A stretch of DNA of 63,941 bases, filler included, from Chiloscyllium plagiosum (Eukaryota), in NCBI RefSeq assembly GCF_004010195.1. It is 4 parts of 2 records of this genome, joined end to end, with 100 filler letters (N's around TTAATTAATTAA, not from the genome) between each part and the next. Parts side by side here need not be neighbours in the genome. Positions count along the whole stretch, not along the records: positions 1 to 23,549 come from NC_057715.1; positions 23,650 to 51,113 come from NC_057715.1; 2 more parts are not named here. One strand, written 5' to 3'. Of the stretch, positions 13,412-25,039 are shown piece after piece. The first letter of the stretch is position 1, and the number at the start of each line of letters is the position of its first letter. The notes under the pieces were generated by a model. That model did not search any database. It saw only the letters and a list, made by a program, of their open reading frames with translations, and was not told where the DNA came from. The position numbers and the translations under genes are program-made.

Positions 13412-13762
13412 ATCGTAGAATCCCTACAGTGTGGAAGCAGGCCATTCAGCCCATTGAGTCCACACTGACTCTCCGAAGAGCATCCCACTCAGACTCACCC
13501 CATCCATCAGACCCTGCATTTCCAATGGCTCGTTCATCTAAGCTGCACACACATGGAAACTATAGGCAAATTAGCACAGCCAATCCATCTAACCAGCACA
13601 TCTTTGGACTGTGGGAGGAAATCAGAGCACCCGGAGGAAACCCGCGCAGACACAGGGAGAATGTGCAAACTCCACACAGACAGTCACCAAAGGCTGGAAT
13701 CAAACCTGGGTCCCTGGTGCCATGAGGCAGCAGTGCTAACCACTGAGCCGTCAAGCCAGCCC
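13412..13762 (-). mobile_element. HE1-type SINE
   Basis: Reverse complement of the 12611-12945 family. Confidence 0.9.
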
Positions 13763-14065
13763 ATTGTAGTATTAATCACTGTTGCATTAATTATTGCAAA
13801 TTTCTATACACGAGAGAAGAAACTCTTCCCCATTTCTGTGTTAAATGAGAGCCTCCATATTCTGAACTTGCATCTGTGGAGAGAAACAGAGTTAGGATTT
13901 CAGTCATTTTTGGACTTAAAATATTTTTTAAAAACCTGTTTCTCTCTCCATACAGATGCTGCCACACCTGTGGAGTTTCTTTGGTATTTTCCTGTTTTTG
14001 TTACAAATCTTCAGCATTCGCAATTATTTGCTTTTTATCTCAGTGTCTGACGTTGGTGACCCTTC

Positions 14066-14241
14066 TAGGAGAAAGTGAGGACTGTAGATGCTGGAGATCA
14101 GAGTCGAGAGTGTGTTGCTGGAAAAGCACAGCAGGTCAGGCAGCATCCGAGGAGCAGGAGAATCAATTTTTAGGGCATAAGCCCGAAATGTCGATTCTCT
14201 TGCTCCTGACCCGCTGTGTTTTTCCAGCACCACACTCTCGA
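14066..14241. mobile_element. Palindromic family A mini-element with perfect 13-bp TSD
   Basis: TTGGTGACCCTTC at 14053-14065 and 14242-14254; arms invert about GGGC-ATAA-GCCC (14173-14184). Confidence 0.9.
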
Positions 14242-14429
14242 TTGGTGACCCTTCAGAGAAGTTAACAATGTCAAGTTATTTGAGAAGCAGTGAAATGAGT
14301 AGCTGAGAGAAACGAGAAATAGAAAAGGTGAAGGGTGTAGAGATTAAATAAGAAACAATGATGATGGTGTCACAGCAAAGGTGATAGTAATGGAAAGGAT
14401 TTTATTAAATGAGAAAGAGTGGAAAATAA

Positions 14430-15042
14430 TTTACTAGATTGCTACCTTGACTGGAAAGGTTGAGTCATAAGGAGAGGTTGGATAGGCTGGGACTTCTTTC
14501 CCTGTAGTGTCGGAGACTGAGGGGTGACCTTATAGAAGTCTATAAAACCATGACAGGCGTAGGTAAAGTAGATATCCAACAGCTTTTCCCCAGGGTAGGG
14601 GAGTCTAAAACTAGAGGGCATAGGTTTAGGTGAGAGGGCAGAGATTACAAAGGGTCCAGAGGAGTAATTCTTTTACACAGAGGATGGTGGTTGTCTGGAA
14701 TGGGCTGCCAGAGATAATGGTGGAAGTGAGTACAATATTGTCATTTAAGAAATATGTAGATAGGTACATGGCTAGGAAAGGTATGGAGGGATATTCCTGA
14801 TGAAGGGCTTATGCCCATAATGTCGACTCTCCTGCTCCTCGGCTGCTGCCTGACCTGCTGTGCTTTTCCAGCACCACACTTTTCAACTCTGACTCTCCAG
14901 CATTTGCAGTCCTCACTTTCTCCATGGAGGAATATGCACCAAATGCAGGTAAACAGGGCTAGTTTAATTATGAAAACAGGGCTGCATGGGCAAGGTGGGC
15001 AGAAGGGTCTGTTTCATTGCTGTAGACCTCTGTTACTCTATA
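14430..15042 (+). mobile_element. CR1 3' fragment carrying a family A unit at 14795-14923
   Basis: CR1 ORF2 end and 3' UTR. TSD ATGGAGG(G/A)ATAT at 14783-14794 and 14924-14935. HHR core from 14797 has a mutated GAAA. Confidence 0.85.
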
Positions 15043-15687
15043 GTGGGACAAGTCAGAAACAAAAAGATGAAAATGATGGAATTAGAGGATTTTATTTAAT
15101 CGTCAGGGGATGTTGGAAACACTGGCTGGGCCAACATTTATTGCCTGGCGATGTGACAGAAACAGATTCAATTGAAGAATATTATTTTAAGAAGTAAGAC
15201 AGACACAGTGCATTCTCATATTCACACAAAACACAGAATCCTTAATCTGCCTGAGAAATTGATCAAATGAACAGTAAAGGATTCTTCTCCCTTTGAACGT
15301 TTGACCCAATGTATAGATTGATGTCATGGAGTTGACTGTTTAACCCTGTGAGCCTGGAGTGCACTGTACAAATTCAAGACTCCCTTTCAGTCCAGAAGCG
15401 GGCTACATCAGTTCTACTCCCACCTTCAATGTCTTTTAAACATGCAGCGTAGATGAGCTCAGCCACAAAAATATGATCCTACATCTTTGGAGTTACATTG
15501 AAAGGAGAGGTAATGGAAAAGAAACACGTCACTCATAATATAGTAACTCAACATCCAGCTATCAATGTTGAAACATATACTGAGAGTGCCAGTAGATCAT
15601 TACAAAGGCATGAAAGGTCTGCTGGTATTGATAATAGTAACTTTGAGACTTCTGGGTTCCTCCTGGGATGTCTCACAGGGTACCTGC

Positions 15688-15841
15688 GCTGAAAATGTGT
15701 TGCTGGAAAAGCGCAGCAGGTCAGGCAGCATCCAGGGAACAGGAGAATCGACGTTTCGGGCATAAGCCCTTCTTCAGGAAGGGCTTTTCCAGCAACACAT
15801 TTTCAGCTGTGATCTCCAGCATCTGCAAACCTCACTTTCTC
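15688..15841. mobile_element. Palindromic family A mini-element with perfect 16-bp TSD
   Basis: CTCACAGGGTACCTGC at 15672-15687 and 15842-15857; inverted arms CTGAAAATGTGTTGCTGGAAAAG / CTTTTCCAGCAACACATTTTCAG. Confidence 0.9.
15750..15777 (-). ncRNA. Minimal hammerhead core (family A), intact
   Basis: Minus strand reads CTGAAGA-A-GGGC-TTAT-GCCC-GAAA-CG-TC. Confidence 0.8.
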
Positions 15842-15904
15842 CTCACAGGGTACCTGCCCTTACAGAAAGGCTGCTGGCCATTTGCATTACTTTGAAGATT
15901 AATA

Positions 15905-16325
15905 AAACAAATATTTGCATTTATATAGTGACTATGTGACTATTCAGTGTCTCAGCATGTTTTACAGGCAGTGGAATAGGGTTTGAAGTGTTGTCCCTAC
16001 TGTAATGTAGGAAAGACAGCAGCTGCTTTGTGCACAGCAAACCCCCACATACTGTAATGTGTTAGTGTCGAGATTGTGGTGCTGGAAAGACACAGCAGAT
16101 CATGCAGTATCCAAGGAGCAGGAGAATCAGTGTTTCAGGCATAAGCCCTTCATCAGGAATTAAGGGCTTATGCCCGAAATGTCAATTCTCCTGCTCCTCA
16201 GATGCTGCCTGACCTGCTGTGCTTTTCCAGCACCACAATCTCGACTCTGATGTCCAGCATCTGCAGTCATCACTTTCTCCCAGTAATGTGTTAGTGACAA
16301 GGTAAAATGCTTTGTCTGATAATTA
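15905..16325 (-). mobile_element. DeuSINE (SacSINE1/AmnSINE-like) fragment interrupted by a family A palindrome
   Basis: TTGCATTTATATAG tail and TGAAGTG..CTGTAATGTAGGAAA..TGCACAGCAA resemble the Deu-domain 3' part (from recall); another piece near 31200-31460. Confidence 0.55.
16068..16282. mobile_element. Palindromic family A mini-element with perfect 14-bp TSD
   Basis: GTAATGTGTTAGTG at 16054-16067 and 16283-16296; ~85-bp inverted arms around TCATCAGGAATT. Confidence 0.9.
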
Positions 16326-17328
16326 TTGGTGGTCAAGTCATTATAGACTCAGGGGACACATTCTTATCAGGAAGGGGACACTGGTTGCGGTTTAACCTGG
16401 GATCATTACCACTCAGGTGAGGGGAGAGTTAAGTTCTTCATGGTAACCTCAGCCAGGGTGGGAAGTGAACCCATGCTACATTACAGACCAATCAGCTGAG
16501 CTAACTGACCTCCTAATTGATAGCATTAGCCTGGTCACTATAGAACGGTTAATGGACAGAAAGAGGCCATTCACCCCATCACCAGGTTACTTGAAGGAGC
16601 AAATCACCCAATGTCATTCCCCTTTCTTTTCCCCTAATACTGAAGGTCCTTCCCTTTCTGAGACCAATCCAATTCCCTCTTGAATGCCTCAACTGAACTG
16701 CCTCCATTATATTCAGTCCCAAATCTTCCTTTTTGCACTTGCTGCATGAAAATGTTTCCCCTCACGTCCCAATTGCCCCTTTTCAATCCCTTAAATCTGT
16801 TCTCTCTTGTTCATGATCCTTGAGCCCAATTTCTCTGCCCAGACCCCGACCCCCTCCATGAGTTTGAATACCTCAATGAAACCTTTTCTCCTCCTTGCCT
16901 TCCCCAAGGTAAACAATCCCAACCTCTCATCATTTTATACACCTCTATAAGGTCCCCCCTCAGTCTCCGACACTACAGGGAAAGAAGTCCCAACCTATCC
17001 AACCTCTCCTTATGACTCAAACCTTCCAGTTTAGGTAGCACCCTCGTAAATGTTTCTCCACTCTTTCTAGTGTGTCCCTCGAATATGCTCATGAATCGTT
17101 TCTGTATCATTTATCTCATGCCTTTTGCATTCTTCCTAAAGTAATGGATGTAATGCTTTAGTTGAGTCTGAACCAGTGTTTTGTCCAAGTTTAGCAGGGC
17201 TTACATCCTTTACTACCCTGCACCCCTATTGAAAATATGGCTGTCAGCCTGTCCTGCTGCCCTCAATGACTTATGCACATGAACATTCCTGCTTTTCTTT
17301 TAAGTAGTGCCAAGGAACCTTTACAACT

Positions 17329-17460
17329 CATTCCTGATGAAGGGCTTATGCCCGAAACGTCAACTCTCCTGCTCCTTAGATGCTGCCTGACTTGCTGTAC
17401 TTTTCCAGCGCTATCTTTTTCGATTCTGACTCTCCAGCATCTGCAGTCCTCACTTTTTCC
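17329..17460 (+). mobile_element. Single-arm family A mini-element with intact HHR core (17334-17361)
   Basis: CATTC-CTGATGA-A-GGGC-TTAT-GCCC-GAAA-CG-TC through to CTGCAGTCCTCACTTTTTCC. Confidence 0.85.
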
Positions 17461-17804
17461 GACCTTTGCCAACCACTTGGATAGGGAGATGGAGCCTCAC
17501 CGCTGACAGGACAGGGAGTGTCACCAAGAGATCTCATACTCAAGTCCCAGACTCGGATTTTGAACCCAAAGCCTTAAAATACTGAGGCAAGAGTTTTCCC
17601 AACAGGGGGACATTTAACACAACAGCAACATGGAAGCTTTTTGACTGGGACAGATTGCTTCAGATTGAAGGCAAGTTTAGTCAGCGAATAACCCTCTCTC
17701 TACATGTTCCTGGATTGGTTTGATGACCTAATGATGGGGGAGGGGGCTGCAGAGAATTTTTTCAGTTTGGTCTGCACTAACATCATGGTGTAGGTGGTGA
17801 TGGA

Positions 17805-18640
17805 AACATAGAAAATAGGTGCGGGAGTAGGCCATTCGGCCCTTCGAGCCTGCACCACCATTCAATATGATCATGGCTGACCATGCAATCTCAGTATCCC
17901 ACACCCATTTTCTCTCCATAGCTTTTAATCCTCCTAACCACAACGGCCACGTCCAGCTCCCTCTTGAATATGTCAAACATACTGGCCCCAACAGCTTTCT
18001 GTGGGAGAGAATGTCTCAGGCTCACAATTCTCTGAATGAAGAGATTCTTCCTCATTCTCAGTCCTGAATGGCTTTCCCCTTATTCTTAAATTGTGACCCC
18101 TTGTCCTGGAATTCTCAGCATCGGGAACATTCTTCCTGCATCTAGCCTGTCACTTTCTGTCAATGTTGTCTGTTGGTAAGTTCATGGCGAATGTCCTCTA
18201 AAGGTCAAATCATTATATTTCTATGACCTAACAAGAGGGGGGTGACTGATAAATGGTTTAAGCTGAGGAGTAAAGAAGGATGAGAGGTGACTTGGTGTAC
18301 AAGAAGATGAGAGGCATAGAGTGGATAGCCAGATACCTTTTCCCATGGCAGAAATGGTTATCATGAGGGAACATAATTTTAAGGTAATTGGAGGAAGGTT
18401 TAGAGGAGATGTCAGAGATAGGTTCTTTACACAGAGAGTGGTGAGTGTGTGGAATGCGCTGCCAGCAGTGGTAATAGAGTCAGATACATTGGGGACATAT
18501 AAGCAACTCTTGAATAGGTACATGGAAGATAGTACAATGAAGGGTATGTGGGTTAGTTTGATCTTAGAGTAGGATAAAAGGTTGGCACAACATTGAGGGC
18601 TGAAGGACCTATACTGTGCTGTACGGTTCTATGTTCTATG
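17805..18640. mobile_element. Two CR1 3' fragments in opposite orientation (minus ~17805-18160, plus ~18255-18640)
   Basis: FFTQRVVSVWNALP peptide; CTATGTTCTATG and CATAGAAAATAGG tails. Confidence 0.8.
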
Positions 18641-19954
18641 TCACCACACCTCAGGCAAGGGGCAAGAGAGAAGATGGGACCCTCATGGTAACCTCAACCA
18701 GTGCAGGAGTTAAACCAACACCACTGATGTCACTCTGCATTGCAAACCAGCCATTCAGCCAACTGAGCTAACCAAATCGCAGCCTCACCATTTGGGATGC
18801 ATTCCCCTTTAATATGAACACAAATGACTGAGTGAGTTAGTGCTTCAGTCCCCTGTCTATAACAGGCCTGGACTGAACTGGGATTTTCCTGGAATCAATA
18901 TGTGAAGACCATTGACTAAAGCCAATGGCTTAGCCAACATCAACGTCAGCTTCTAAAACTGCATTTATGTTTGTAATTCCATAATTAATCATTTTGCAAT
19001 TCCCCTGTGGAGGGGTTCAGTCCAAGTTTAAGCAGAATTTCTCCTGTTAGTGACTCAAATATTCGCTGACAGCCCCATTTGTTTTCAAATAAACTATGTC
19101 AGCATGTCCTATTGCTCCAAGCGATGGACAACAAAATCCTCACTGTTCTCATTGGAAATTTTCCTGTTTTATTCTCATCCGTACTGAAGATCTGACACGC
19201 TGCCACGATATCTTCAGCTGGAATCATCCCTCCAGGGGGGAGTTGCCAAGGGAAGAATGGTGTCCAGCACATACTTCCTGTGTGTCGCACCTGTTTGCAA
19301 CCCTTGTTTATCGTCTTCCAGTTGTAGAGCTTGCCAGCTATTCTTTATTTAACTCATTCATGGGATGTACGCCTCACTGGCTGGGCCACCTTTGCCCCTT
19401 GCCTGAGGCATGGTGATCCTCAGGTAAAACCACCACCAGTAACCTCTCCTCTGTGAGAGTGTGAGACATTACCTTTATTGTCTATTTCTATTTGACCTTC
19501 AGGAAGCTGCCGCTTGAACTGCTGCAGTCCACCTGCTGTAGGTAGACTCATATTGCCCTGAGGGAGGGAATTCCAGGGTTTTGACCCAGTGACACTGAAG
19601 GAATGGGGATATTTTTCCATGTCAGGATGGGGAGCTTGCAGGGGGTGGTGTTCCCATGTATCTGCTGTCCTGTCCTTCTCGATGGGTTTGGAAGATGTTG
19701 TCTGAGAATCTCTGGTGAAGTACATCTTGTCGATAGTACACACTGCTGCGACTGAGAGTTGGTGGTGGAGGGAGTGGATGTTTGTGGATGTGGTGCCAAT
19801 CACGTTACAATGCTATCCTGGCTGGCCTCCCATATTCCACCCTCTTTAAACATCAGTTCAAGCAAAACACTGCTGTTCGGATTGTAACTCATAAAGACCA
19901 TAAGAAATAGGAACAGGAGTAAGCCATTTGGCCCCTCGAGCCTGCTTCACCATA

Positions 19955-20281
19955 GGGGTGGCATGGTGGCTCAGCGGTTAGCACTGCTGCCTCTCAGCAC
20001 CAGGATCCCAGGTTCAATTCCAGCCTTGGGTGGCTGTCTGTGTGGAGTTTGCACATTCTCCCTGTGTCTAGATGAATTTCCTCCGGGTGCTCTTGTTTCC
20101 TCCCACAGTCCAAAGATGTGCAGATTAGGTGAATTGGCCATTCTAAATTGCCCATAGTGTTAGGTACATTAGTCAGGGATAAATGTAGGGGAATGGGTCT
20201 GGGTGGGTTACTCTTTGGAGGGTTGGTGTGGCCTTATTGGACTGAAGGGCCTGCTTCCATGCTGTAGGTAATCTAATCTAA
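19955..20281 (+). mobile_element. HE1-type SINE
   Basis: A/B boxes, V-domain and AATCT tail. Confidence 0.9.
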
Positions 20282-20939
20282 TAGGATCATGGCAGATGTG
20301 ACACTCCTCACATCCATTTTCCAGCCCTTTTCCTGTAACCCTTGATTTTCCAACTGATCAAGAATCTCAGCCTTAAATGTACACAAAGACTCTGCCCCCA
20401 CAGCTGTCTGTGACAAGGCGTTCCAAAGAGCACAATCCTCTGAGAGCAGACATTCCTCCTCATCTCAGTCTGAAATTGGTGATAACAAGGTCTGTTCACT
20501 CATCAGCCTTTGTGCTCATTGTCCTACATTGTGTCCTGATCTGGTTACACCTCAATATCAAAATTCTCAACCCTCCACAGCCTCACAACCATTCCTCCTT
20601 CCCCCCATCACCCCACATTTCCGTGACCTCCTCAAGCCCTTCACTCCTCCGAGATCTCCCTATTCCACTCGTTCCAACATATGCAACCCAATTTTGGTAA
20701 CTCTATCATTGCCCATGCATTGAGTTGCCCAGACCCTAAGCACTGAAATTCCCAAACTAAACCATTACATTCTTCCTGTTTAAGATATTCCTTAAAATCC
20801 ACTTTTTGACTACGCTTTTGATCACCTGGATCTGAATATCTCCCAATGTATCTCAGTAAACTTTGACAGGTCACACTCCTATGAAGCACCTCAGAAAGTT
20901 TTACGTGAATGAAAGTGAATAGTTTAAACTTTACTTACC

Positions 20940-23549
20940 ATTTACCAAACTAATTCCTGGAATGGTGGGAGTGATGTTCAGGAAGGAACTGGAATCAGTT
21001 AGGGCTATGTTCATTCAAGTACAGAAGAATGGAATGGGATCTCATAGAAAATGATAATGTTCTAAACGGACTAGACAGAGTAAACACAGGAAGGATGTTC
21101 CCATAGACCAGGGAGTCCAGGACCAGGGGTCACAGTCTAAGGATACGGGGTAAGCCATTTAGGACTGAGATGAAGAAACATTTCTTCACCCAGACGGTGG
21201 GGAGCCTGTGGGATTCTCTGTCACAGAATTGAGGCCAAAACATTAAATGTTTTGAAGAAGGAGTTATGGAATAATTGTTAGGACCAAAGGGATCGAAGGA
21301 AATGGGGCAAAAGGGGGACAGGATAATGAGTTGGATGATCAGCCAGGATCATATTGAATAGCGGGGCAGGCTCAAAGGGCTGAATGGTCTACTGCTGCTC
21401 CTCTATTCTATGTTACCACGCCAGAAAAGAGGTGGCAGTATGATGCCTTACTCCATACCACTGTGCACTTTCCTTTCTGTTTGCTTTCTGGCTTTCACTC
21501 ACTCTTTTAACCTACATTGCTGCCAATTTTCCTTACAGTGACAACTGTCTTGTGGTTTATGGGATCATCCTGTAATTTACTGATTTGTTTCATGTCCCAT
21601 ACTTCCTGGAACACCATCCATACTGTGTGAATGTCTCTGCCCAGTGACTGGAAAGCTGTTGGGTGGTTCCCAGACTGTGCCTAAATGCTTTAGAGATGTT
21701 CTTAAAGCTTCCCTGAGAAGTCAAACTGGAGGGGAATCCCTGTTTTGGAGAAAACTCATTCAAGAAGGCACCAAACACAGAGACTTTATTGCAAATATGC
21801 AGAGGCAAGATCAAGTGACATAGGGGTGCAGATTCCTTGAAAGTGGTGTCACAGTTAGACAGGGTGATGAAGGAGGCATTTAGCACACACCCTCATCAGT
21901 GAGAGCACTGATTTCAGGAGTAGGGACATCATGTTATAGCTATACAAGATATTGGTGAGGCCAGATCTGGAGTCTTGCATACAATTCTGGTTGCCCTGCT
22001 ATAGGAAGGATGCTATTAAACTTCAAAGTCTGCCAAACAAAAGAGTTACAAGGAAGTTACTGAGACGGGATGGTTTGAGCTATAGCGAGGGGCTGGATAG
22101 GCTGGATCTTTTTGCCCTCGAGTGTCGGAGGCTCAGGGGTGACCTTATAGAGGTTTATAAAATCATGAGGGCCAAGGTAAGAGGTTTAAGGTGAGAGGGA
22201 AAAGGTTTTAAAGGGACCCGAGGGACAACTTTTTCACATAGAGGGTGAACAAGCAGCCAGAGGAAGTGGTCCAATTACAACATTTAAAAGACATCTGGAC
22301 AGGGATATGAATGGGAAAGGTTTAGAGGGACATGGATCAAATGCTGGCAAATGGGACTAATTCAGCTTAGGAAACCTGGTCAGCATGGATGAGTTGGGCC
22401 GTATGGTCGTATGAAAAGTCAGAGGGAATGCACAGCTTCCCTGACCCAAAGAAAAACAACTTATCCACCAGACCCTTCAACACCACTGCACATGGCAGAG
22501 TCTGCAGATTATGCAGCAGAGTTAACCACCCCAGAACCCAGTGAACTGGTGTGGAAGCCAAGCGGACTCAAGCCCAATGAGCTGTTTGAGAGAGAGCCGA
22601 GCAACTTGCCCATCTTCCCATAAAACCAGAAAAATGGAGATGCAAATGCAGGGAAGGGAATTTTGAGGGATGCAGTTGGGCGACAGGAATGGCCTATTTC
22701 TTGTGATCTGAGAAGAGCTAGTGTAGAGTTGATCTGCCTCCTGGTGAGCTCTGCTACTCTTTTTTTTCACCTATGTGTGGTCTCCATTTACAGCTTTCCT
22801 TTTTCCCTGGTTTACCATTATCCATACCTTTGTCTGCCTAACTGTGTTTTCTCTTTTTCTGGGTTCCATCTCCACCTGTCCCCTTACTCCTTCCCCTCCC
22901 ACCTCCTGTCTTCTACTTATATCCCACTTTTTCCTAGCTACTGTCAAATCTGAAGAAGGGTCACTGGGCTCTCCCCTAGGTAGGGGAGTCCAAAACTGGA
23001 GGGCACTGGTTCCAGGGTGAGAGAGGAAAGATTTAAAAGGGACCTAAGGGGCAACTTTTTCATGCAGAAGATGGTGCATGTATGGAATGAGCTGGCAGAG
23101 GAGATGGTGGAGACTGATACAATAACAACATTTAAAAGGCAGCTGGATGGGTACATGAAAGGTTTAAGACCATAAGACATAGGAGTGGAAGTAAGGCCAT
23201 TTGGCCCATCGAGTCCACTCCGCCATTCAATCATGGCTGATGGGCATTTCAACTCCACTTACCCGCATTCTCCCCGTAGCCCTTAATTCCTTGTGACATC
23301 AAGAATTTATCAATCTCTACCTTGAAGACATTTAGCGTCCTGGCTTTCACTGCACTCTGCAGCAATGAATTCCACAGGCCCACCACTCTCTGGCTGAAGA
23401 AATATCTCCGCATTTCTGTTCTGAATTTACCCCCTCTAATTCTAAGACTGTGTCCACGAGTCCTAGTCTCCTCGCCTAACGGAAACAATTTCCTAGCACT
23501 CACCCTTTCCAAGCCATGTATTATCTTGTAAGTTTCTATAAGATCTCCC
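20940..23549. mobile_element. Cluster of CR1 3' fragments (plus ~20940-21415, ~21825-22400, ~22968-23165; well-preserved minus copy 23166-23549 running into the gap)
   Basis: ORF2 C-terminal peptides such as RTRGHSLRIRGGKFRTEMRRYFFSQRVVGLWNSL. Confidence 0.8.
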
Positions 23550-23649
23550 NNNNNNNNNNNNNNNNNNNNNNNNNNNNNNNNNNNNNNNNNNNNTTAATTA
23601 ATTAANNNNNNNNNNNNNNNNNNNNNNNNNNNNNNNNNNNNNNNNNNNN
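23550..23649. other. Assembly gap with artificial linker
   Basis: N44-TTAATTAATTAA-N44, identical in all three gaps. Confidence 0.97.
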
Positions 23650-23695
23650 CTCCTCTAGCTTATCTCTCCACGCTTCAGGCTCTCTGCTTTTATTC

Positions 23696-23723
23696 CTGAT
23701 GAAGGGCTTTTGCCCGAAACGTC
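23696..23723 (+). ncRNA. Minimal hammerhead core (family A), intact, in PLE pseudo-LTR 23650-23787
   Basis: CTGATGA-A-GGGC-TTTT-GCCC-GAAA-CG-TC. Confidence 0.8.
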
Positions 23724-23787
23724 GATTTTGCCTGTCCTCAGATGCTGCCTGAATTGCTGTGCTCTTCCAGCACCACTGATCCAGAAT

Positions 23788-24703
23788 GCATTCCAGGTAC
23801 CACCCTCTGTGTAAAGAACTTGCCACTTATATCCCCATTAAACTTTTCACCTCTCACTTTGAATGCGTGACCTCTCGTTATTGAATCCCTCACCCTGGGA
23901 AAAAGCTTATCTCTATCTACCCTGTCTATACACTTATGAATTTGTAAACCTCAATCAGGTCCTCCCTAAATCTCCTTTTTCCTAATGAAAACAATCCTAA
24001 CCTACTCAACCTCTCTTCGTAGCTAGCAGCTTCCATACCACGCAACATCCTTGTAAGCCTTCTCTGCACCCTTTCCAAAGCGTCCACATCTTTTTGGTAA
24101 TATAGCGACCAGCACTGTACGCAGTATTCTAAAGGCTGCCGAGCCATTGTCTTGTACAATTTTAACATAACCTGCCACCTCTTATGCTCAATACCCTGTC
24201 TGATGAAGACAAACATACCATATGCCTTCTTGACCAGTCTATCCACCTGTGCAGCAACCTTCAGGGTACAATCGACCTGAACTCCCAGATTTCTCTGCTC
24301 ATCAACTTTTCCCAAGGCTCTTCCCATGTACTGTATAATTTGCTCTAGAATTACACTTCCCAAAATGCATGAACTCACATTTGCCTGGTAAGAGCTCCGT
24401 CTGCCACTTCTACACCCAGCTCTCCAGTCTATCTGTAGCCTCCTGTATTCTTGGACAGTCCCCTATGCTTTCTGCTACTCCAATCTTCATGTCATCTGCA
24501 AACCTGCTATTCATACCAACAATGCCCTCTTCCAGATCAATCATGTATATTACAAACAACAGTGGTCCCAGCACTAAACCCTGTGGAACACCACTGGTCA
24601 CTTTTCCCCATTTCGTGAAACTCCCTTCAACTACTACTCTCCATCTCCTGTTGCTCAACCAGTTCTTCATCCACCTAGCTGGTATACCCTGCACACCATG
24701 TGA
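23788..24703 (-). mobile_element. CR1 RT fragment
   Basis: GVPQGLVLGP, FADD and LEYCVQCWS in ORFs 24410-24793 and 23926-24378. Confidence 0.9.
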
Positions 24704-25039
24704 CAATTTAAACCTTCCTGAAGAACATGAGTGAAAATCTCCCAAGGAGGTATAAAGTTCACCAACATGACTATTATTGTGCATCCTTTTCATCGAGCAG
24801 GAAATAATGTTCGTGGTTGAAAGTTACCTTTGAAACCTGAATTCCCAACTTCCTTCTCTCGACTGAAATGCAGCTCTCTACCAAACTTCAGGCAAATGCC
24901 TTTAGTTTCTTAAGTTTATAGGAATTTGTGGTCAGCCATTTGAGTCAAGGGAGAAACTTCTTCACACAGACATGGTGAATGAATGGAATTCTCTAACAGA
25001 TTGAGGCCAAAACATTGAATACTTTCAGGAAAGAAGATG

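Noticed and set aside
14053..16296. Palindromic elements as DNA-transposon MITEs or CRISPR-like repeats
   Set aside because: Arms are asymmetric, TSD length varies, the sequence is homologous to PLE pseudo-LTRs, and there is no regular repeat-spacer array.
19120..19165. Minus-strand NSEDF resembling the preceding UVRAG exon
   Set aside because: Flanked by stops, lacks CGVKLP and a donor, and lies on the wrong side of the identified exon.
23594..23605. TTAATTAATTAA palindrome recurring three times
   Set aside because: Always centred in N44..N44 and gives stops in all six frames; an assembly linker, not biology.
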